From the NCBI RefSeq assembly GCF_004010195.1, contig NC_057718.1, positions 25,614,670 to 25,678,669 of the forward strand: a stretch of DNA of 64,000 nucleotides. The letters run 5' to 3'. The DNA is from Chiloscyllium plagiosum (Eukaryota). The notes beneath the pieces are model-generated. The model did not search any database. It had not been told where the DNA came from and worked only from the letters and a program-made list of their open reading frames with translations. This document shows, piece after piece, positions 1 to 13,263 of this stretch. Made by a program: the position numbers and the translations under genes. Every line of letters begins with the position of its first letter. Position 1 is the stretch's first letter.

Positions 1-71
1 CAAAGAATCTGTTTCTGTGCTATATGATGCTATGACTCTATGTGTGGTCTCGGTTTAGTTTACTAATTTTA

Positions 72-1192
72 GAACATAGAACATAGAACAATACAACACA
101 GAACAGGCCCTTTGCCCTTCAATGTTGCGCTGACCTGTGAACTATTCTCAGCTCATCCCCCTACACTAACCCAAACTCATCCATGTGCTTATCCAAGGAT
201 TGTTTAAATCTCCCTAATGTGGCTGAGTTGACTACATTAGCAGGTAGGGCATTCCACGCCCTCACCACTCTCTGCATAACGAACCTGCCTCTGACATCTG
301 CCTTAAACCTATTACCCCTCAATTTGTAGTTGTGCCCCTTGTACAAGCTGACGTCATCATCTGAGGAAAAAGACTTTCACTGTCTACTCTATCTAATCCT
401 CTGATCATCTTGTATGTATCCATTAAATCTCCTCTTAGTCTCCTTCTTTCCAATGAGAACAGACTCAAGTCTCTCAGTCTTTCCTCATAAGAGCTTCCCT
501 CCAGACCAGACAACGACGTGGTAAATCTCCTCTGCTCCTCTTCCAATACTTCCACATCCTTCCTGTAATGGGGCGATGAGAACTGTACACAATATTCCAA
601 GTGTGGCCGCACTAGCGTTTTGTATAGTTGCAGCATGATATTGCGGCTCCGGAACTCAATCCCTCTACGAATGAAAGCTTACACACCATATGCCTTCTTA
701 ACAGCACGATCCACTTGGGTGGCAACTATCAGGGATCTATGTACATGGACTCCAAGATCCCTCTGCACATCCACACCACCAAGAATCTTTCCATTGACCC
801 AATACTCTGCCATCCTGTTATGCTTCCCAAAGTGCATCACCTCATATTTAGCTGTATTGAACTCCATTTGCCACCTCTCAGCCGAATTCTGCAGTTTATC
901 CAAGTACCCCTGCAACCAATAACATTCTTCCAAACTGTCCACTACTCCACCGACTTTAGTGTCATCTGCAAAATTATCAATCCATCCACCTATTCCTGCG
1001 TCTAAGTCATTTATAAAAATGACAAACGGCAGTGGTCCCAAAACAGGTCCCTGTGGCACACCACTAGTAACTGGATTCCAGGCTGAATATTCTCCATCAA
1101 CCACCACTCGGTGCCTTCTTTCAGAAAGCCAGTTTCTAATCCAAACTGTTAAATCACCCTCAATTCCATGCCTCAGCATTTTCTCCAACAAT
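72..1192 (-). mobile_element. CR1 (HER1-like) LINE, 5'-truncated 3' part of ORF2 plus 3' UTR
   Basis: Frameshifted ORFs 679-1191, 319-636 and 161-346 give RT motifs (VTSGVPQGPVLGPL, FADDTK) and the CR1 C-terminus (LYKTLVRPHLEYCVQF, LERRRLRGDL). (AGAACAT)n tail at 72-92. Confidence 0.93.
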
Positions 1193-1227
1193 TATCTCAT
1201 TTTATTGGAAAGCATTAGAAGTCATTG

Positions 1228-2290
1228 TTTTTTGTTTTATTCAGGCATGGGATCTTGGTGTCCCTGGATAGGCCAACATTTATTGTTCCTCTTTAGCTGC
1301 CCTTGAGAAGGTGCCTTCTTGGCCCACTGCTGTCTATTGGGTTAGGTACTCGTGCAGTGCTGTTAGGGAGGGAGCTCCAAGATTTTGACTCAGTGATACA
1401 GAAGGAAGGGCGATATATTTCCAAGTCAGGATAGTGAATGTCTTGAAGGGGAACTTGCATGTGGTGATGTTTCCATGTATTTCCTGTTGTTGTCCTTGTA
1501 GACGGCAGTGGTCATGTGTGAATTTTTACACTACATCTTGGAGATGCTACTGAGTGTCGGTGGTGGAGAGAGTGAATATGGATGTGATATCAATCTAGCG
1601 GGCTGCTTTGTTCTGGATGGCACAAAGCTTCTTGAATGTTGTTGGAGCTGAGCTCATCAAAGCAAGTGGGAAGGGTTCCATCACAGTCCTGACTTATGCC
1701 AGTCTTGGGGAGTCAGGCATTGATTCATGGTATCTGACCTGGTCTTGCAGCCAAGTATTTATGGCCAGTCCAATTCTGTTTCTGGTCAGTGGTAAGCCCC
1801 AGAATTCAGTAATGGAAATGCCATTGGCTGTCAAGTGATGACAGTTAGAATCACTGTTATTGGAGATTGTCCTTGCCTTCTAATTGTTGGTGTGAATTTT
1901 GTGTACCACAACTCAGTCTAGACCTGGATATGGTCTAGGTGTTTCATCATTTGGACTGGACTCTTTCAGTATTTGAGGAGCCATGAATGATGCTGAACTT
2001 TGAGCAATCATCAATAAGCATCCCCCATTCTGAGGAAGTAACTGAAGATGATATGTCCTAGGACACTCTTATGAGGAACTTGGAGCTCTGTGGTGCTTTG
2101 GTAATGTTGCTGCCTCTGAGCCAGGAGGTCTGGGTCAAGTTCCCACCTGTTCCAGAGGTGGGTCGTAACATCTCTGAACAGGTTGATAGAAAACACCTCT
2201 CTCTTGAGGAACTCTTGCAGAGATACCTAACAGCTGAGATGACTGACTTCCAACCACCACAATCATCTTTCTTTATGCTACGATGAGATA
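1228..2290 (-). mobile_element. Decayed 3' part of a second CR1/Jockey-group LINE family
   Basis: Collinear with 41345-42400 (e.g. CCCTTGAGAAGGTG, ATTTCCAAGTCAGGA, GGAGTCAGG); T-rich tail at ~1228. Confidence 0.75.
2081..2204 (+). mobile_element. Short (~120 bp) tRNA-derived SINE nested in a LINE
   Basis: Degenerate A/B boxes; shares CATCTCTGAACAGGTTGAT with 8345-8467; TSD TGAGGAACT at 2072-2080 and 2205-2213. Confidence 0.65.
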
Positions 2291-3215
2291 TATGGACAAA
2301 AGGTCCTACTTATGATCACAACTCGATTGGGAATTACTGTTCTTTTTTCTAAACTACATGGCGTTACACTGTTACTGCTTGTCTGACTCTGTTGCTATCT
2401 TGCTTCAGAACTGATGGCTTTAGAGACACTTTGGGAGAAGGGATTTTGTGTGCATATCTCCTCAGTTCACTGAATCCCATCAATGGATACCATCCATGTA
2501 ATGTGTTGTCATAAAATGGGACATTTCCATGTGTATTTCTGTACAGTTTAACAGCTAAAGGAGTTTTGTCTTTGACAACACAAAACTAAGGTCAGAAGAT
2601 GCTTTATGCCTCGAGGACAGAATCGGTATAATTGATGTGGAAACTTGCCAAGATGCAGGTGCTAATTAATTTGTATATGATCAAGGAATTAGGAAATCCT
2701 AGATGCTGTACGAGTTCCTGCTGATCAGCATTCTGTTTAATAATTCAAACTATTGTGTCTCCAATTATGACCGATTGATAGTTTTGACTTCAGAGACTTC
2801 TGGAGCTCCTCAGCATGGGGATTTCTCACACATTTCATGTTCTGACAGGAAATCAATGCTGCGTGGATAAGTGAGGATTTGCATTGGCCACCAACTACAT
2901 TGCAGCTTGATCGCTTCAACAAATGCCAAATTGAGCTTTCATTCAAAATCCTCATTGCTTACTTGACGCAGTATGAGCCACGTCCTAAAAGAAATTCTTT
3001 ATACCCCAAATGCACTGACCCTGGCTTTGTTGCTATAAGCACTGTGCTGAATCATTTAGCTTGTGTGAATTCATTACCATATAAATAAAAATATTTGACA
3101 AATAGCCTGTGCGAATGGACCTGATGCAGCATTTTTCTTGATTCTCTTACTGCTTTTGAAAAGCTTGTGGATCATTGATAGGCTTCCATTTGATCACCAA
3201 GGAACTAAATACAGC

Positions 3216-3315
3216 AATAAAAACAGAAAGTAGTGAAGAAACTCACTCGATCTTGCAGAAATTGTGGATAGAGAAACCGAGTTAACATTTTGAGTTAACA
3301 TAACTCTTCAGAACT
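3216..3315 (-). mobile_element. Short PLE-terminus-like repeat with a degenerate hammerhead motif
   Basis: Same repeat recurs at ~22430-22530, ~32715-32790 and ~41195-41305; minus strand reads GTT-CTGAAGA...CTC-AAAATGTT-AAC. Confidence 0.5.
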
Positions 3316-3689
3316 CAGATGCCTTGTCAATCATCAAACTTTGGTTACTAGTGCTTTTACTTAATAGTCTGATTAACTATTATTAGATGTTGAATCTACT
3401 GTCTAAGCTATCTGTATGTCTGAGTCTAAGGTGAGCTTGGTTTACAGTGTGAATTAGGAACCTGCTATACCTCTGTGACAGTATGGTTTGAATTCTTCAG
3501 CAGATAGATTGCAACCTTTGGAGAAGACAGTGGTATGATTCCAAATCAACGTGTTTCGAAGAGATTCACATCTTTACTCTCAGAAGCTGATTTTTTAAGC
3601 AAAATATCACATGAATGTCCGACATTCATACCTCCATGGAAAACTAAGAAATGTTTAAATCATGTAAGAACATTTTTCATCCTTTTTGA

Positions 3690-3985
3690 ACATAAGAAAA
3701 TAAAACATAGGGGAGGAGTTGGTCGTTTAGTCCCTTGAACTTGCTGCGCCATTCAGCAAGATTATAACTGATTGGACGGTGATCTCGAGTCCCCAGTGTT
3801 TAAAAACCTCTCGACTGCAGCCTTGAATATATTCAGCAGCTCAATCTCCACAGTCCTCAAAGATAGAGAATTCCAAAGGTTCACAACCTTCTTAATGGAA
3901 AGGTTCCTCTTAAATTCCTTCTTAGATGGGTGACTCCTTTTCTGATATTATGTTTCCAAGTTCTAGATTACCCCTTAAGGGAGAT
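3690..3985 (-). mobile_element. Old CR1 3' end fragment
   Basis: Matches the reverse complement of other CR1 3' ends here (CATAAGAA...GGAGGAG, GAATTCCAAAGGTTCACAACC). Confidence 0.7.
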
Positions 3986-4631
3986 ATTCAGTCTGGATTT
4001 AATTCAGCTCATTGCAGTATGCATATATATTTCCCACAGCAATGTCCATCTTTCAAAGGCACTTTGTGCCAATTGAGGAACTAGGCGTAGGGTGGTGAAT
4101 GGACTTCTGAAAGCCAGTCCCTTTCCTTTGCCTCCCACCTTCCTTGCCTTCCTCCGCAACTCCTCAATCAACCTTCAACCTTCTTTTAACTGTGTTTAAG
4201 AATCCATTGATGATTCTTAGTGAAGACCCTTCTTCTTGGTAGTCCATCAGAGTCAGAGGTGACCTATCACAGAGTCCCAGAACAGGACGGCAAAGAAAGC
4301 GAGAAGAACAAGAAAAAGAAAACAAGAGAGATTGTGAGAGGAATGAAGTCAGTGAAGCGTAAAGAAAGCAGAAAAGGGAAATTAAAGGGATAAGGCCAAA
4401 ACAGCATTGTAAAAGTGATCCAAAATCTGTAATGGTCATCTGTCATTTTTCAGCCAATTGGTTGCTATCAGCCTGTGGTTGATGGAGGGTTGTGACCATA
4501 TGGAATTGTCTTCTTGCCCATGCGGCTTCCATCTTTGTCATCCTTCTTGCCTCAGAGCAAACTGTCTCTTGCTGAAGCAGAGTTCACTGTCGTGGGTGGC
4601 CCAGTTCACTCTCCTCCTAGCTGTTGAGTAA

Positions 4632-5222
4632 AAGCTAGTTGGTGTTCATGTATCATGGTGGTTAGTTTTCTGCCTGTCTGTCCAAGGCAGTGTTTGTTAC
4701 ATGGTATTTACAAAAAACAAAAAATGTCATTTACAAAATGCTATACAACGACTGTAACAAACACTACATCAGACAGACAGACAGAAAACTAGTCACCAGA
4801 TACATGAACACTCACTACCACCAAATGACATGGCCCACTATCACCAGTATCTTTACACACAGACAAAGAAAGACACCACTTTGACTGGGACAACACATCC
4901 ATTCGAGGAAGAGTAAACAGAGACACACGCGGGAATTTCTAGAGGCCTGGCATTCAAACTGGAACTCCATCAATAAATACATCAATTTGGACCCCATTTA
5001 CCAACCTCTGAGAAAAAGAACCGGAAATGAAATCACCCATCTTAACAGACCAAGACACGTAAATAGAAAGCGGGACAGAACACCAGTGCTTCACCGGAGG
5101 CTCACTGATGATGTTACCCAGCATGGTGACAAAAATGTCTGAAAAACAAACCTTCCAGCTCAGCGAGTAAACTTACAACCTGAACCTTAACTTGAGATAC
5201 AAGTCTAATCAACAATCTTCAA
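4632..5222 (+). mobile_element. Penelope-like element: GIY-YIG endonuclease remnant and pLTR, with an inverted 5' piece
   Basis: ORF 4690-4884 contains KNVIYKMLYNDCNKHYIRQTDRKL. Downstream sequence encodes EFLEAWHSNWNSINKYINLDPIY, homologous to 28497-29171. 4632-4705 is an inverted copy of ~4750-4830. Decayed hammerhead at 5102-5142. Confidence 0.88.
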
Positions 5223-5804
5223 ATAGGCTTTAAAATGTTTCCACTGGCTGTCCTCTGAGCTGGGAGTAGGGAGTACACTTCAGAAGTTGAGTATTCAATA
5301 TTCTCATGTGAGAATGTGAGAATGGTCACCTCAATACTCCCACCTGGAGGATGTGACACCTCAGCAAAACATCACCAACACTGGAGAGTATCCAGGGCAT
5401 ACTATTAACCAGTCTGCAGGATATCATACATCTAGATGGTGAAGACCCTGGAGCATAATGACAATGGTGCAACACCTTTTGTAGAATTGGGAGAATACTG
5501 GGCATCAGGAGGAAAGAGGAGAGGAAAGAACAGCAGATAAGCAATGGAGGTCAAACTCTCAAAACATAATTGATGACATAAAGATTGAACTTCCTAGAGA
5601 TGGCCATGAGCCTAAGCTACAAGACACTGACTGTCCAAAGTGGTGGTTAGAGATAGCTATGGCTTCATCACCAAAGATCTCGCACATGGCAGCATTGGTG
5701 GCTATGTCATGTCAGAGGTTGTCAAGGTCACTGTAGTCCTGAACTTCTTCACTTCTGGCTTCTTGCTGGTATCATAAGCGAACATTAGTGCCATCTCAAA
5801 AATA

Positions 5805-6027
5805 AAAATCACACAACACCAGGTTATAGTCCAACAGGTTTAATTGGAAGCACACTAGCTTTTGGAACGATGCTCCTTTATCAGGTGATAGTGGAGGGCA
5901 CTATCACCTGATGAAGGAACATCACTCCGAAAGCTAGTGTGCTTCCAATTAAACCTGTTGGACTATAACCTGGTGTTGTGTGATTTTTAACTTTGTATAC
6001 CCCAGTCCAACACCGGCATCTCCAAAT
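5805..6027 (+). mobile_element. Fold-back PLE-terminus insertion (91-bp inverted arms)
   Basis: Arms 5803-5893 and 5899-5989; TSD CATCTCAAAAATA at 5792-5804 and 6028-6040. Confidence 0.85.
5905..5939 (+). ncRNA. Minimal type-I hammerhead ribozyme motif (AGCT variant)
   Basis: CAC-CTGATGA-A-GGA(ACATCAC)TCC-GAAA-GCTA-GTG: core, stem II, palindromic AGCT, UA cleavage site, CAC/GTG stem I. Confidence 0.7.
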
Positions 6028-6800
6028 CATCTCAAAAATAGCTACACACCACAGCATCTCACTATTCACTAAGCTGTCTTCATTCTGTCCAGACAGCGCA
6101 TTCATTTGATGATAGACATGACCAGACTTCATTCTCTGGTCGCTCAGGCTGCCTCATATCCTAACTCCGACCACCAATGTGTATGTTTGAATTGGATTTC
6201 CAGGGAACAGGAGGGATCCTTTAAGAGGTGCTTGCTGACCCCTTTATGAGGCATAGAGGGAATACAGCCTTGCCATTTGCTCAACAGGAAAAACTTTCAG
6301 TTCACCACATTTCTGAAAATGTAACTCTGGTGCCTGGACTGATCAGGTGATTCCCTCCAATACCTTCCTGAGAAGGGTCAAGAATATTATGATAGTAAAC
6401 TACACTCTCTATGAACATGCCCTTCCCGAAGTTCATGACCTCCTGGATAAGCGAGGGTGAATATAAAGTGAATGCCTGACCTGCCGTGGCTTCCAACGCC
6501 CCTGGTTTCCCTCTGACCCTTGACCTTTGCAAAAACCACACCTTTCTTCTTCAGGACAACCAGCTGTCTCAGGGACTCCAGAGTAAACTAAAGTTCAGCT
6601 AAACCACCTCCACTCCTAACCCCACTCTTTTTGGGCAGCGATCTTGCCTCCATAACAGTTAACAGCTCATCTGTATGAAAATCTGAATCTGAATTAGTTT
6701 CCCACCGAGGCAAGTTTCAGACCCTGAATCTGACCTGACTCCACTTCTCTGTTCTCTGATGACAATTCAGCCCTTTACACCCACATCACAATGTGTGCTC

Positions 6801-7623
6801 CCTATAAGCTTATATGTGTGTACATGTAGGGGCAACAGATTGAGTGTGCATGTGAGTGTGTGGGTGTGGTTGTGGGTGTGTATGTGATAGAGTTCGTGTG
6901 TATAAGCTTGGTCATGCATGTGTGAGTGTGATGGGGTATGTGTGAGAGGTTGCGTGTGTTGGTGTGAGTGTGAGGGGTGCATGTGTGTGCATATGAGAGA
7001 GAGCTTGTGTATGAGGGTGTGTGTGTGTGTGAGATTGCACACACAAAAACCCCCACACTCACAAACACCCTCTCACATATACCCCATCACATTCACACAC
7101 ACACTTAACCAAGCTTATACACACACACATATATACACACGCACTCTATCACGTGCACTCACATCCATATCCACACACTCCCATGCACATTCAATGTGTT
7201 GCCCCTGCATGTACACACATATAAGCTTATGGGGTGAATTTATTTTTGCAGAATTGCATTTTATTTTGCTACATGAATCCACGTAAAACTCTGTATAACT
7301 ATCCAGAGGTTTGTCAGTCTGACATAGCACTGGGACACAGACAGACTTCACACCTATTGTTTAAAAACCTGAGCTATTTTGAGAATGTAATTTAAAAGAT
7401 GTTCTGGGATTTACATATCAATTCCATTATAAAAGATGAAAGTTTTAATCTAAGATTGTTTACTGTATCACATCTCCATGATAGTGGACTCTTTTGGCTA
7501 TAAATTCTGTGAGCGTGATCTTAACCTCCACAACCACCCTGATGAAGGAGCGATGCTCTGAAAGCTAGTGCTTCCAAATAAACCTGTTGGAATATAACCT
7601 GGTGTTGTGTGATTTTCAACTTT
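6801..7623 (+). mobile_element. PLE 3' region with CA-rich tract and inverted 5' duplication (same family as 5805-6027)
   Basis: TG-rich 6801-7035 is an inverted copy of CA-rich 7037-7232; 7530-7623 matches 5900-5995. Confidence 0.75.
7535..7570 (+). ncRNA. Minimal hammerhead ribozyme motif (AGCT variant)
   Basis: CAC-C-CTGATGA-A-GGAG(CGATG)CTCT-GAAA-GCTA-GTG. Confidence 0.65.
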
Positions 7624-8319
7624 CTGAAGTCAAGTTGTTACATTTGTGGTTTGTTTCCAACTGCTGGGACGTTTCCAAATCAAGGGAAATTTTGAAGTTT
7701 GTAACGAAAACATCCAATGTGTATGCAGCAATTTCTTTTCAGATCCTAGAATGCAGATCCGGGAGAAACTCATCAGACTGTAGCCCCTTCAGTTTGTCAA
7801 TGCTTTCTCACTAGCGATAATTATTACTTTAAGTTGCTTCCACTTGCCCTCAGATTTCCAACTACTGTTTGGGATGCTTTCCGTGTCTACTACCTTGAAT
7901 TAAGTATACTTGCGAAAATGTACTTGAACATTGTCAACTTGTAGTTTCGTGAGAGGTTTATGACAATTAAAGAGCAGTGATCGGATGTTGTCAAGCTTTT
8001 AAAAGCCTGTATTTTTTAGGAGGATGTCACAACTGGGGAATTTCAACAGTTCCAGTGTTCTCAGAATTAAAATAGTGCAGAGGAATGTGTGATGTACTTT
8101 TGGTGGAGATACCTGTGAAGTTGATGAACAAAAATGTTGCAGGGGTGGGGCAAGCAGGAGGGGTAAAAAGGGAGACGAGTGAAATTAAAATAAAGAAAAG
8201 TTTACAGGAGTTATTTTTATTGTGATTAATTAATTGGAAAAAACAGAGGTATGTACAGGAGGCTTGATTTTATCTCTTTTCACATGGAAAGAATGGCATA
8301 GGAAGGTGTTTTAAATAGA

Positions 8320-9780
8320 GCTGTAGAGTATTACAGCACAGCAAAGGCTCTCATGTGGTGCAGTGTCAATGTCCCTGTCTCTGAAACAAGAGTCCTGGGT
8401 TCAAGCTCCACCTGCTGTAGAGGTGTGTAGTATCATCTCTGAACAGGTTGATTCGTAAAACAGGTTCCAGCACAGAAAGAGCCCCTTGGGCCCATTGTGC
8501 TGGTCACCAACTCCCATCTACTCAAATCCCATTTCTTAGCTCTTGTCCCAGAGCTGTGTATGCGATGCTACTTCAAGTATTTCTGCCTCTACCACCTTTT
8601 CAGCCAGCAAGAATATGGAACATAGGTTATCGAGTCCAGATACCCACCATCCTCTGGGTGAAAAAGTTCTCCTTAAGTTCTTCCCTTGCTTTAATTCGTT
8701 GCCCACTGGTAATTGACCCCTCTACTAAGGGGAGAGTTTCATACCTGTTGACCCTATCTATGCCCCTCATAATTCTTTAGACTTCAAATAGGTTCCCCTT
8801 CAGCCAATCTAGAGAAAACGTCCCAAGGCCATGCAGTGTATTACCATAGCTAAAACCCTCCAACCATGCCAACATCCTAATGAATCTCCCGTATGCCATT
8901 TCTGCTGCAGTTACATCCTTCCTTTAGTGTGGTGACTAGAACTGTACACATTCCAGCTGTAGCCTAACTGAAAGCTTCATCATAGTCTCCCAACTCTTGA
9001 ATTCAGTACCTTGATTATAAAGGCAACAATCCACCTGTCTTGATGCGTTCAAGAATCTGTGTACATTCCACCAAGTCCTGCTGATCCTCAGTGCCATCCA
9101 GGATCCTACCATTTGTCTTGTGGTTGCTTGTCTTTTTAGTCTCCCAAAATATATCACTTCACACGATCCAGGATTTAATTCCGCCTGACCATCTGACCAG
9201 CCTGTCTCTATGTCCTCCTCCTTCCTTTTACCACACCATCAATTTTTGTGTCATTTGCCAACTTCTGACAAAATCTTCACAAATTTCTGGGTAAATCATT
9301 ATTGGAAACAACAAACAGCAAAGGATTCAGTACCAAATTCTGTGGTCCAAAAATGGACACAGACTTCCAACCATCAAAATAACCTTCAACCAGCACCTAC
9401 TGCTGTCTACCACTAAGCCAATTATGGATCCAATTTGCAACATTATCCTGGATCCCAAGGGCTATCACCTTCTTGACCAGTGTCCCATCTGACAGCTTGT
9501 CAAGAGACTTACAGAAATCCATATAGATGGCATCAACTGCACTACCCTCATTTAAACACCTTGTCACCTCCTCAGAAAGTTCAGTTAAACTTGTTAGACA
9601 TGACCTCCCTTTGACAAAGCCATACTGACTGTCATTGATTAATCTCTGCCTCTCCCTGTGGATATAAATTCTGCCCCCTCAGAACCTTTGACAGAAGATC
9701 CCCTACCACTGATGTTGGATTCACTGGGCCAGACTTCTTTGCTCTTCCCTTACCACCATTCCTGAATAATGGGTCACTTC
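8320..9780 (-). mobile_element. Decayed CR1 LINE (RT region and 3' end)
   Basis: Reverse complement resembles 14300-15940 (e.g. GAAATCCATATAGAT = IYMDF; SVRLQLECVQF). Confidence 0.8.
8345..8467 (+). mobile_element. Short tRNA-derived SINE (family of 2081-2204) inside a CR1 tail
   Basis: A box TGGTGCAGTG, B box GGTTCAAGCTCC; TSD CAGCACAG at 8334-8341 and 8468-8475. Confidence 0.7.
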
Positions 9781-10404
9781 CTGCACTGGGTTACAGCAGC
9801 ATCTTTGGTGCTCAATTAAATGTCAGCATTGTTGTACATCACTGGGTTAGTGTGCTGGAAGTCAAGCATTGCTACTTCCAGAGATATCATGAAAGATAAA
9901 GATTTTATTAAAATATGCAAAATTCTCCAATTTATCTCCCTATCTTTTGGACATGTGTTGACAGAAAGCAAATTTCAGTACGAAAGAAGAATGAATATTT
10001 AATACAAATAATCTAATTCTAGCTATAGATGAGCAATAATGAACCATGAGAGTACTATCTGATGTTAGATAGCTTGAGGGTTACTCTTTCGAGAAGGAGG
10101 AGTGATGAAGGCAGTTTTGAAAGGGAGACTCTTAGACCCTTAGAGGAAAGAGAAACATTTACAGCCCTCAACAGGCATCGGAACAAGGAAAGGAATTCGG
10201 GACGGCAGCACTATCTTGAGTATCGGGTCAGGAAAGTCAAAGATGGTTTCCTGGACAAAATAAGCACAGAGAAGTGTGAGAATAGGGCAGAAGTGGAATG
10301 GGTGATTGGGTGGACATGTCAGACGGGAGAAAATAAAAGTGACAATACTCATAAAAGGATCAAGAATGAGGATGACACCGATTTAAGTGATTTGCAGAGA
10401 AACA

Positions 10405-10650
10405 TAGATGTTGGAAGAAAAATCTTTCTCAGACAATAAGTGGGTTGGGTCTGGAGGTTTGCTGGAGGCAGGTTCAATTGAAGCATTCAACAGGGCATTG
10501 TTTCTATTAAAATAATCAACTTAAAGTGCAAGGAAATGGGGAAAAGGCAGGAGAACGTCACTAAGTTATGATGCTCATTTGGATAGCCAGAACAGTCACA
10601 ATGAGCTGAATGGCCTTCTTCTGTATTGCAACACTTCAGTGATTCTGATT
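10405..10650 (+). mobile_element. CR1 3' end fragment
   Basis: GGAGGCAGG...GCTGAATGGCCTTCTTCTGT terminal motif shared with other CR1 ends. Confidence 0.65.
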
Positions 10651-13263
10651 GTGTGATATGACAGGATGACATTTTGTAATGAGATCTGAGGCCTTTGGTG
10701 AGTAATTAGCATATACAATTCATCTACATTGACCATCTTACAGTCACACCTCTGTTTTCCAAGGTTTATCTTTCAGAGCTCTAGAAACCTGAAATTTAGA
10801 AATGCTCTCCTATGTTACTACCATATACGCTGTTGTAAAAGTTGAGTTTTTGAGATGAACATTTTAGCCAAAAAGTTGGAGGTAATTTTTTATAAGTGTA
10901 ATATTCTTGAGGCGTTGAAATCCATGCTCGACAATTGTCACATAATCATGGAGTACCCAGTTGGAGATTGTTCCATCAACCCCACCCCCGAAAGTAGAAA
11001 AAAAGGGAAAATCTATTTTTATTGTGGAATTTCTAGTCACAAAATAATACACTTCATAGAAACAAACATTAATTTTGTACAAGGTCTCAATTTGTGCACA
11101 TTAATCTCATGTCAGGATTCTGGGTAATCTAACATGGAGGACGGGAGAGAATTGTGGCTATAAGAGCTCCTCCATTTTTGGGTTATTTTCAGTGTTGGAA
11201 TGATTCCTTTGAATTCTAGGAGCAGTAATTACTGTTTTATAAGCTGTTGCATTGTTTTGGAACTTTGGGAAACAAAAAGATGAAAGCAATGGCATTTTTT
11301 AAAAAAAGGAGGTAGACAGACAAAGGTAGTGACCGCATTGGAAGTGATTCAAATGAGGAAAGAAACCTACAGTGCTGTTTGACCCAGAAGTGAATCTGGA
11401 CAGCTACTGTCTCTGCTGTTTGATTTTCAAGTATCTCTGGACATTGGAGTTTATCTAAGGAATCTTAACAAACAACGAAAATTCACAGCTGACCTTGGAG
11501 AAACCTATGTGGGACAGTTCACAGCAGGGGAGCAGCAAAGTGGCCTTTTAATGGGTCACCTTACTGTTTATTGTGGGCTGTTTTGTGATTATATGTTTTA
11601 TTGAGAGCAGTAAAAATGTGCTATTTTCTGGATCTGCAGAATGTTAAGGTGCAAAGATGACCTTTAGTAGAGTGATGTGTTCTTCCTGTTGGATGTGGGA
11701 GATTAGGGAGAGTTTCTATGTTACTGATGATTATATCTGCAGGAAGTGTGTTTGGTTGCGAATCCTATTGTACTGCATGGATCAGTTGGGGTGGCAGTTA
11801 GAGCTAGTGAGGAATTTACAGGAGCTGCAGGTTTGATGGATGGCAGTTTCAGGATGGTAGAAAAACCGCAGATACAGTCAGGTACATGGGTGACCTCCAG
11901 GAAATGTAGGAGGAGTAAGAGGTACTGTGGGAGTGTCCTATGGCTATCCCCATCTCAAATAAGATTGCTGTTTTGGAAAATGTAAGGCATGATGGAGAAT
12001 GTAGCACAGACAACTAGATCTCTAGAACTGAGACTGGCTATAATGTAATGAGGGGTACGTCAGGTTCCAAGCGATCAATTGTGATAGGGCTCTGTCTAGT
12101 CAGAGGCATAGACAGATGTCTCTGTGGCTGGCAGCGAGAAATCAGAATGGGGTGTTGTCTCTCTGGTGCCAGGATCAAGGGTATCTCGGAGAGGGTGAAG
12201 AATATTCTCAAAGGAGAGAGGGACCAGCCAGAGGTCATTGTACACATTGAACCAATGACATAGGAAGGGAAAAGGATGAGATTCTGAGGATAAAATATCA
12301 GAGGTTAAGCAGGAATTTTAAAAAAAGGAGGTCCTTGAGGATAGTAATATTTGGATTATTTCCGGTGCTAAGAGCTAGTGAGGGTAGGAATAAAAGGATA
12401 GAGCAGATAAATGCGTGACTGAGGAACTGGTGCAGGGGAGAAGAATTCACATTTTTGAATCATTAGAATCTCAATGAGTTGGAAGTGACCTGTACAAGAA
12501 GGATGGATTACACCTGAATTGGAAGGGAACTAATATACTGGCAGGGAAATTTGCTAGAGCTGCTCAGGAAGACTTAAACTAGTAAGGTCGGGTGGGGGGG
12601 GGGGTGGACAATGCAGACAAAAGGTAGGACTGATAAATTAAATAGCATTTATTTCAATGCAAGAGGCCTAATAGGGGACGCAGATGAACTCAGGGCATGG
12701 TTAGGAACATGGGACTGGGATATCATCGCAATTACAGAGACATGGCTCACAGATGGACAGGACTGGCGGCTTAATGTTCCAGGATACAAGTGCTACAGGA
12801 AGGATAGAAGGGAGGCGGGAGAGTGGCATTTTTGATAAGGAATAGCATTACAGCTGTTTTAGAGAGGATATTCCTGGGATTGCATCCAGGGAAGTTATTT
12901 GGCTGGAACTGAAAAATAAGAAAGGGATGATCACCTTACTGGGATTGTATTATAGATCCCCTAATAGTCAGTGGGAAATTGAGAAAAAAAAGTTGTAAGG
13001 AGATTTCAGTTATCTGTATGAATAATTGAGTGGTTATGGTAGAGGAGTTTAACTTTCCAAGCATAGACTGGGACTGCCCTAGTGTTAAGGGTTTAAATGG
13101 AGAGGAATTTGTTAAGTGTGTACAAGAAAAGTATGTGGGTGTATCTACTAGAGAAGGTGCAAAACTTGACCTACTTTTGGAAAGTAAGGCAGGGCGGGTG
13201 ACTGAGGTGTCAGTGGGGGAGCACTTTGGGGCCAGCGACCATAATGGTGTTACCTTTAGAATA

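Noticed and set aside
6767..7351. His/Thr- and Cys/Val-rich ORFs
   Set aside because: Translations of CA/TG microsatellite-like sequence.
10062..10439. 125-aa charged ORF
   Set aside because: Purine-rich composition, no recognisable domain, and it runs into a CR1 tail.
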